Below, one piece after another: positions 62,427-64,000 of a stretch of 64,000 bases of DNA. The stretch is from Actinomycetes bacterium (lineage in GTDB: Bacteria; Actinomycetota; Actinomycetes; JACCUZ01), in the NCBI GenBank assembly GCA_038246545.1, contig JBBRVW010000013.1, positions 6,183 to 70,182 of the forward strand, read 5' to 3'. The notes beneath the pieces are model-generated. The model made no database searches, had not been told where the DNA came from, and saw only the letters and a program-made list of their open reading frames with translations. The number at the start of each line of letters is the position of its first letter. Position 1 is the stretch's first letter. The position numbers and the translations under genes are program-made.

Positions 62427-63263
62427 GTGACAGCGTTCGTCAAAGGGCACGGGACGGAGAACGACTTCGTGCTGCTGCCCGACCCCGACGGCGCCCTGGC
62501 GCTGACGCCCGACCAGGTGCGCGCGCTGTGCGACCGACGGGCCGGCATCGGTGGCGACGGGGTGCTCCGCCTCGTCCGCACCGCGGCCGACGACGAGGCG
62601 CGGGCGCTGCCCGGCGCCGGTCGCACCACCTGGTTCATGGACTACCGCAACGCCGACGGGTCGTTCGCCGAGATGTGCGGCAACGGCATCCGGGTCTTCG
62701 CCCGATTCCTGGTCGGCGAGGGGCTGGCGGAGCCGGGCGAGCTGCCGGTGCTCACCCGCGACGGCGTGAAGGTCGTGCGGGCCGGCGCCGAGGGCGACGT
62801 CACCGTCGAGATGGGTCCGGCTCGCCTGCCCGGCACCGGCCGCACGGTGCGCTGGGCCGACGGCACCCCGTCCGGGTGGCAGCCCGCGGTCGAGGTCGAC
62901 ATGGGCAACCCGCACGCCGTGGTCTTCGGCGACGACCTGGCCGAGGCCGGCGAGCTGTGCGCTGCGCCGGAGGTCGAGCCGCCGTTCCCCGACGGCGTCA
63001 ACGTCGAGCTCGTGGTCCGGCGAGGTGACCGGCACGTGGCGATGCGGGTGCACGAGCGCGGTGTCGGCGAGACCCGCTCCTGCGGCACCGGCGCCTGCGC
63101 CGCGATGGTCGCCTCGGCCCGCCGCGACGGCCGTCAGCCCGGCTCCACGTACGTCGTCGACGTGCCTGGTGGCCGGCTCAGCGTCACCGAGCGGGTCGAC
63201 GGGCAGGTCGAGCTGACCGGGCCGGCCGTGCTGGTGGCCCGCGGCGAGACGGACCTGGTGTGA
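62427..63263 (+). CDS. dapF: Diaminopimelate epimerase
   Basis: DapF catalytic cysteine motifs (GNGIRVF, SCGTGACA). Confidence 0.9.
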   Translation: MTAFVKGHGTENDFVLLPDPDGALALTPDQVRALCDRRAGIGGDGVLRLVRTAADDEARALPGAGRTTWFMDYRNADGSFAEMCGNGIRVFARFLVGEGLAEPGELPVLTRDGVKVVRAGAEGDVTVEMGPARLPGTGRTVRWADGTPSGWQPAVEVDMGNPHAVVFGDDLAEAGELCAAPEVEPPFPDGVNVELVVRRGDRHVAMRVHERGVGETRSCGTGACAAMVASARRDGRQPGSTYVVDVPGGRLSVTERVDGQVELTGPAVLVARGETDLV

Positions 63264-63814
63264 CCGACCAGCCTTCGCTCAGCACCGCCGATGCCAGCGC
63301 GGCGTTGCGCCGCTCGTCCGACCTCCTACTCGCGGGCACCTCGCACGACCAGCAGCTCGCTGCCGCCACGCTTCTGGAGAACGCCGCGGCGGCTCAGGCC
63401 GCCGGCGACGTCGACCGGGCCCGCACGCTCGTGCGGCGGGCGAAGGCGCTCGGTCGCGACGAGCACGAGGACGCCGAGGTCTGCTCGATGGCCGCGCACA
63501 TGGCCCTGTTCACGCTCGTGAGCGACGTCGCCGAGGACGAGGAGCCGATGGTGTGGCTCGACGCCGCCGAGACCGTCCTGCCGTCGCTCGACAGTGCCGG
63601 CCGGACCGAGCTGCTGGGTGCGTTGCTGAGCATCGGTGCCGACGCCGAGCTGCAGCTGGCGGAGCGCCGTGCGCTGCGTCTGCTGGTGCACGGCGCGGAG
63701 CTGCCGGTGTCGGTGTTCGAGGGCCGGGTCCTCGACGTCGACGACGTGCTCCAGGTGCTCGCGGCCACGGCCGCGTACGACGACGCGGTGGACGCGCTCC
63801 TGGGTGAGCCGTGA
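63260..63814 (+). CDS. Hypothetical protein
   Basis: 184-aa acidic, Ala/Leu-rich ORF. GTGA overlap with dapF. No family recognised. Confidence 0.4.
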   Translation: MTDQPSLSTADASAALRRSSDLLLAGTSHDQQLAAATLLENAAAAQAAGDVDRARTLVRRAKALGRDEHEDAEVCSMAAHMALFTLVSDVAEDEEPMVWLDAAETVLPSLDSAGRTELLGALLSIGADAELQLAERRALRLLVHGAELPVSVFEGRVLDVDDVLQVLAATAAYDDAVDALLGEP

Positions 63815-64000
63815 CCGGCGCGCTCGCGACGGCGGCCGCCGCGAAGCCGGTCGTCACCGCGCTGGGTGGGTCGTTCATGATCTCCTCGGAGGCGAAGGCC
63901 GCCGGCAAGGAGCACGGCTACCGCGGCTGGCAGCTCTATCTCGCCGGTCGGGCCGGGGTGCTCGGCGAGGTCAGCGCCGAGGTCGTCCACGCGACGCTGG
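63811..64000 (+). CDS. Hypothetical protein, 5' partial (continues beyond window)
   Basis: GTG 63811 overlapping the previous stop. Open to the window edge (...GSFMISSEAKAAGKEHGYRGWQLYLAGRAGVLGEV...). Confidence 0.25.
   Translation, partial: MTGALATAAAAKPVVTALGGSFMISSEAKAAGKEHGYRGWQLYLAGRAGVLGEVSAEVVHATL

Overview
This is a high-GC (about 70%) actinobacterial chromosomal segment. It has a conserved housekeeping backbone: infB(3' end)-rbfA-truB, ribF-rpsO-pnp, dapB, thyA-folA-dapA-rnj, ftsK, rimO-pgsA-cinA-clgR, recA-recX-rny, miaB, miaA-dapF. Several accessory insertions interrupt it. (1) A 57-64 bp palindromic repeat (about 25-bp arms, loop 5-9 nt) occurs at least three times (21445-21503, 22585-22641, 46306-46364). 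Two copies bracket a DUF559/AbiEi-like (Vsr-fold) endonuclease gene wedged between rnj and ftsK. (2) A decayed island at about 36120-39600 holds a PAT-family GNAT pseudogene (in-frame TAG plus internal deletion and frameshift), a secreted protein with thrombospondin-type-3-like Ca-binding repeats and slightly lower GC, a 5'-truncated IS481-family transposase remnant, and a VOC/glyoxalase gene killed by a single in-frame TGA. (3) A full-length Lhr helicase is translationally coupled (ATGA, GTGA overlaps) to a 149-aa orphan protein and an ALO/GLDH-type FAD lactone oxidase. (4) A SHOCT small membrane protein plus a classical AAA+ ATPase with an unrecognised ~270-aa N-terminal domain. (5) Two paralogous ABC cassettes (ATPase plus two ABC-2 permeases each). 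(6) An ECF sigma factor with an overlapping membrane-anchored BNR beta-propeller protein, next to a beta-carbonic anhydrase, DUF3046 and a near-consensus LexA SOS box upstream of recA. No rRNA, tRNA or CRISPR arrays were seen. Many long antisense ORFs in the six-frame track are GC-driven shadow ORFs and were not called.
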